Source: Octopus sinensis
Taxonomy: Eukaryota
DNA: 10,666 bases
Direction: 5' to 3'
Assembly: GCF_006345805.1 (NCBI RefSeq)
Contig: NW_021827356.1
Coordinates: 1 to 10,666, forward strand
In this document: positions 7,054-10,666 of the stretch, one piece after another
How the letters are laid out: the number at the start of each line of letters is the position of its first letter
How positions within the stretch are numbered: the stretch's first letter is position 1
Notes under the pieces: model-generated
What the model was told of the DNA's origin: nothing
Databases searched by the model: none
Seen by the model: the letters and a program-made list of their open reading frames with translations, nothing else
Position numbers and translations under genes: made by a program

Positions 7054-7366
7054 GACGGGTTTCTTTCAGTTGCCGCGCAGTGGGACTGAACCTGGAACCA
7101 TGTTCTTAAAGGCGGCGAGCTGGCAGAGACGTTAGCACGCCGGGCGAAATGCGTAGCTGTATTTCGTCTACCGTTACGTTCTGAGTTCAAATTCCGCCGA
7201 GGTCGACTTTGCCTTTCATCGTTTCGGGGTCGATAAATTAAGTACTAGTTACGCATTGGGGTCGATGTAAAATCGACTTAATCCGTTTGTCTGTCCTTGT
7301 TTGTCCCCTCTATGTTTAGCCCCTTGTGGGTAATAAAGAAACACATGTTCTTACCCCACAACGACA
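7054..7366 (-). mobile_element. Degraded, shortened tRNA-derived SINE remnant (7054-7108 and 7354-~7366), split by a younger SINE
   Basis: Minus-strand B-box-like GGTTCAGTCCC (7092-7082) in the context CATGGTTCCAGGTTCAGTCCCACTGCGCGGCA and ACTGAAAGAAACCCGTC. These resemble, from memory, the head and tail of an abundant octopus SINE; not verified by search. Confidence 0.55.
7109..7343 (+). mobile_element. Full-length tRNA-derived SINE with a 10-bp target-site duplication
   Basis: A-box-like TGGCAGAGACGTTAG 7121-7135; B-box GAGTTCAAATTCC 7183-7195; acceptor-stem-like GGCGG (7111-7115)/CCGCC (7194-7198); A-rich end TAATAAAGAAACA; TSD CATGTTCTTA at 7099-7108 and 7344-7353. Confidence 0.9.
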
Positions 7367-7463
7367 TATATTTAATAATTAAACCCAAGGTTTCCGTTTT
7401 GGTACGGATGGATTTCCTCGTCTCCTTGTGAACTATCCAACACCAATGCATCAGGCATTCGAA

Positions 7464-7480
7464 GTGTGTGTGTGTGTGTG
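7464..7480. repeat. (GT)n microsatellite
   Basis: Read directly. Confidence 0.9.
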
Positions 7481-7715
7481 GGGTCTTAACAGTAAATACT
7501 GTCCCAGCTACGTTGCGAATTTGCTGTTTGGAATTGCAAAGTTCCCAGAACTGAGAGATAAAACGGTGGCGGAAAAAAAATCCTGGATATTCAAGGGAGA
7601 TAATGATTCATAGTTATTTCCCTTACATCGTGATTTTATTTTTCACACTGCATCCAGTTTGTGTTCATAGATTTAGTTCACTGGAAAATTCTGATGAATG
7701 ATATTCGACTTTCAT

Positions 7716-7826
7716 GTATGTATATGTGTGCCTGTGTGTACGCGCGCGCGCGTGTGTATGTATGTATGTATGTATGTATGCATGTATTTATGTATGTATG
7801 TATCTATCTATCTATCTATCTATCTA
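7716..7826. repeat. Compound microsatellite: (GT), (CG)6, (GTAT)n, (TATC)n
   Basis: Read directly. Confidence 0.92.
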
Positions 7827-7929
7827 CCTTCTTGCCTTCCTAACTCTCTCTATATATGAATGACTGTCTGTTTTCCGTGTTCGTCAATTCGTGAATTTCA
7901 CGTTCTTTATATATAAAGTTTTATTTTAT

Positions 7930-7962
7930 TATATATATATATAAATACACATACACACACCA

Positions 7963-8010
<48 letters not shown>

Positions 8011-8030
8011 GTATATATGTATGTATATAC
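7930..8030. repeat. Compound (TA)n/(CA)n microsatellite
   Basis: Read directly. Confidence 0.93.
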
Positions 8031-8044
8031 ATGCATACTTACAT

Positions 8045-8684
8045 GTTAGTTAGTTAGTTAGTTAGTTAATTTGGCTCAAAAGCAAATAGCAAGGCCATGT
8101 AGGGGGACATGGAGTTAAGTACAGGGTGGTGTTCATGTAAAGAGTTCAGGCCACTTGAGGTCCAGGGAGGCTTTGAACAAAGCGGTCGTTGGCATCTTCA
8201 CCATCTCATCTGGCAGCTTGTTCCACGGATCCGCAACCCGGACGGAGAAAGCTCCTCTCCTTCGATTGAGATGAAATCGTCGCAGGTAGAGCTTTTCGGA
8301 ATGACCCCGCAGCCGACGCTCCGGAGCAGGAGTGAAGAACAGCTCTTTCGAGAGGTTACACTTCCCGCTATGATGTTGTGGGCGAGAATGAGATCCCACA
8401 TGGCGGCGGCGTTTTTCAAGAGAATAAAGGTCGAGCGTCCTCAGCCTTTCTTCGTAGGACAAATTTTTGAGACCATGAACCAGGCGGGTAGCCAGCTTCT
8501 GGACTCTTTCGAGATGCTGTATGTCTTTGAGGAGATAAGGAGAAGAGGCTTGAATCCCATACTCCAATATGGGTCTCACCAGCGTGACATAGAGTGGCAG
8601 GAATATGGCTGCTGTGAGCACTCCGAATGACCGTCGAATCAAAAACAGAATTCCGCGCGCTTTGTTGGCAGCATGGACATACAT
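8045..8684 (-). mobile_element. 5'-truncated CR1-group LINE (ORF2 C-terminus, short 3' UTR, (TAAC)n tail)
   Basis: HAANKARGILFLIRRSF...LYVTLVRPILEYG...LERVQKLATRLV..L..LSYEERLRTLDLYSLEKRR...LRGH..KL...FSVRV...WNKLP is the typical CR1/L2 post-RT region. Stop at 8133-8135; 3' UTR hairpin CCATGT/ACATGG 8095-8112; (GTTA)n at 8045-8068 on the + strand. Confidence 0.92.
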
Positions 8685-8689
8685 AGATC

Positions 8690-9497
8690 CAGGGTGTGGA
8701 GAATATATTGTCTAAATTACGCAAAAATTAAAATAACACTGATGTCTCATCTTAACAGATATTTTTACCAAAATTACATAAAAATATCTTGAGATACTAA
8801 AGAGTAGATTTATCCAATAAAATCGCCATTGGCTTCAACCACAGCCTCCAGACGACTTCAGAATCTCCTACAACTCTTCTGGACGGTCTCCTTGTTTAAG
8901 TTGGTGAATGCTGCCATAATCCTTGCCTTCAGTTCCTCTTTGGTGTTACATGGAGTTCTGTTGGTCTCTCCCTCAACTGTGCCCTACACATAATAATCAA
9001 GGGGGTTGCAGTCTGGGGAGTTAGGTGGCCAGATGTTAGGGGTGATGTGGTCGCAGAAATTGTCTGACAGTCATGACTGGGTTCTCTTGATTGTTTGGCA
9101 GACATAAGGTCTTCCAGCAGCCACCCTCTTGACCCAGGGCAGCACTACCTCCTCCAGGCACTTGATGTAGGCCTCCATATTCAGTCTGAGGCTGCGTGCA
9201 AAGATGAATGGAGGCATAACTTCGCCATCACTTGTGATCACCCCAAGCACCATGATATTGACTGGTTGTTTGATTTTTATTACTCTCGGTACATGTGTTG
9301 GGGACACGGCAAGCCAACGGTTGTTCTGTTTGTATTGGAGCTTCTGGCTGAGTGAATTGCCTCATGGTGCTATTTTGTTTCACAGACGGTGCCCAACTGA
9401 CCCTACTATATTCTGTAGTTGACAAAATCAAAAACAAACAATGCGCATGCATGAAATAAAAAATATAAATTGGTGACAATTTACTCATTGCACCTTA
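8690..9497 (-). mobile_element. Internally deleted Tc1/mariner transposon with a DDD-type catalytic tail (probably the maT/DD37D group)
   Basis: Imperfect TIRs: CAGGGTGTGGAGAATATATTGTC from 8690 versus TAAGGTGCAATGAGTAAATTGTC read from 9497 on the minus strand (15/23 identical). TA/(TA)n at the right end; transposase remnant inside. Confidence 0.85.
8810..9365 (-). pseudogene. Transposase pseudogene
   Basis: MRQFTQPE start (ATG 9365-9363) fused to QNNRWLAVSP..VPRV..KQPVNIMVLGVITSDG.VMPPFIF...YIKCLEEVVLPW...WPPNSPDCNPLDYYV*G.VE...ELKARI...SRLEAVVEANGDFIG*. Stops at 9071-9073, 8984-8986 and 8858-8860; terminal TAA 8810-8812. Confidence 0.9.
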
Positions 9498-9517
9498 TAT
9501 ATATATATATATATATA
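9497..9517. repeat. (TA)n microsatellite at the transposon end
   Basis: Read directly. Confidence 0.93.
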
Positions 9518-9643
9518 AGTTTATGCCTAATAATCTTAATGAGAGTTTGTTATTTAAAAGAAGTCCTAAAAATTGTGTCTATATTTATAATAATATTAAT
9601 AATAATGATATTGATAATAAACTAGAAATTGATATTTGATATG

Positions 9644-9690
9644 TATATATATATGTATACACACACACACACACACACACACATACATAT
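9644..9690. repeat. Compound (TA)n/(CA)n microsatellite
   Basis: Read directly. Confidence 0.9.
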
Positions 9691-10102
9691 ATTTGAAAGT
9701 CTATAAGAATTACTTAATACAATTTTGAGGTGTAAAGGGGACTTTTTCCAAAATGATATAAATTTTTTATCTGGATGTTACAAACCATTTTTTCAAAGAA
9801 ATGTTTCTTCTAGTGTACGAGGAGCACTCTCATTTGACCCCTTCAAACAATAGAAATATAATCTTATTACTCTGCTGTTAGATGTCAGCAGTCTTCCCTC
9901 AAAAAACAAAAACAAAAAAAGGGTCATAATTTAACTTGACGCAAATACACAGAATTTTCTACCTGAAACTCTTTTCTGCCCGTGCAGACAAATAATTCCT
10001 GAACATATTTTGTCAAAGAGCCCTTAAACAACTTTCCAGAAATCACAGAACCTCTACCAATATTTTAACAGACAACTCATCCCCACCACCTAATAATTGT
10101 AA

Positions 10103-10494
10103 TCTCTCTCTATATAAAGTTGAAGTTGTCTGTGTATGGCAGGTTTGGTAGCCTTCAACTAACACCATCTCCTCCGAGACCCTGCGGCGCAAGTTGACCA
10201 AAATTGAGAGTATGATAGAAGAAGGCTTGCTCTTCATTCCGTAAAAGAAAAAATTCAAATCGGACCATGTTAACGCCAAAAATTATTTACATCAAAAAGG
10301 TGCTTTTTTTCTATGAAAATCCCTATTTTTTACAATTCTTTTACTGCTGTGACGCCATTTTTCAGTGTATTTCAACCAGAAAAATGTTCACCTAAAGAGA
10401 ATAACAAGCTACATAATGCAAAATTTTTACTTTTCAAAAATTCCAATTCTAAAGGGTCGAAACAAATCCAAGCAACGCCGGGCGATACTGCTAG
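10103..10494 (+). mobile_element. Non-autonomous Helitron-type element, ~392 bp
   Basis: 5' A|TC start (TCTCTCTCTATATAAAG); 3' CTAG|T end at 10491-10495; subterminal GC-rich GCAACGCCGGGCG (10472-10484) resembling the Helitron terminator hairpin; A^T target with no TSD. Confidence 0.7.
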
Positions 10495-10666
10495 TAAAAC
10501 ATTAAAAACAGTCTTAAAGAGAATTTATTCTTATAGAGAAAGGAGAAAAACAACAGAATTAAAATTTTCAGAATGATGAATAGCTTTTCTGAAATGAATT
10601 TTTATCCAACGTTTTTAGAGCATATTTTTCACAGAACACCAGAATATTTCCATGGAACCATGAATT

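Noticed and set aside
7411-7430. TTCCTCGTC resembling an HDV ribozyme L3 loop
   Set aside because: No P3/P1 pairing and no following GG for P1.1.
7627-7680. Minus-strand 54-nt segment bounded by TTTTCCAG and GTAAGG (possible host exon)
   Set aside because: Stops in all three frames and a weak polypyrimidine tract; could only be non-coding, and there is no support for that.
7671-7715. Plus-strand 45-nt candidate exon (DLVHWKILMNDIRLS) ending at GTATGT
   Set aside because: The donor is part of a microsatellite and the peptide is unrecognisable.
8109-8630. 173-aa plus-strand ORF
   Set aside because: Antisense shadow of the CR1 ORF.
9872-9891. CTGCTG/CAGCAG hairpin and loose inverted repeat TGACCC/GGGTCA nearby
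   Set aside because: Six-bp stems are expected by chance; no TSD or other support.
10043-10576. ORFs 10043-10279 (-) and 10313-10576 (+)
   Set aside because: They cross the Helitron boundaries, are low-complexity and AT-rich, and show no Rep/helicase or other motif.

Overview
Eukaryotic, transposon-dense non-coding DNA with no recognisable host gene. The SINE/LINE families look like cephalopod (octopus-type) repeats; this is recognition from memory, not a database search. From 5' to 3': (1) an internally deleted RTE LINE, with its 5' region joined to the last ~430 nt of the ORF and a C-terminal zinc finger; (2) a near-full-length but decayed RTE LINE (APE endonuclease + RT) with a C4HC3 PHD finger inside the RT, a candidate GT-AG intron upstream of the endonuclease, and a 3' UTR array of ~62-nt double-hairpin repeats; (3) a 223-bp mariner-type MITE; (4) a third RTE fragment with an inverted 5' segment (twin-priming geometry); (5) a tRNA-derived SINE with a 10-bp TSD nested in an older SINE; (6) a 5'-truncated CR1-group LINE; (7) an internally deleted Tc1/mariner DDD transposon; (8) a non-autonomous Helitron. 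Many of the junctions fall in (TA)n tracts. All long ORFs are transposon pseudogene fragments or their antisense shadows.
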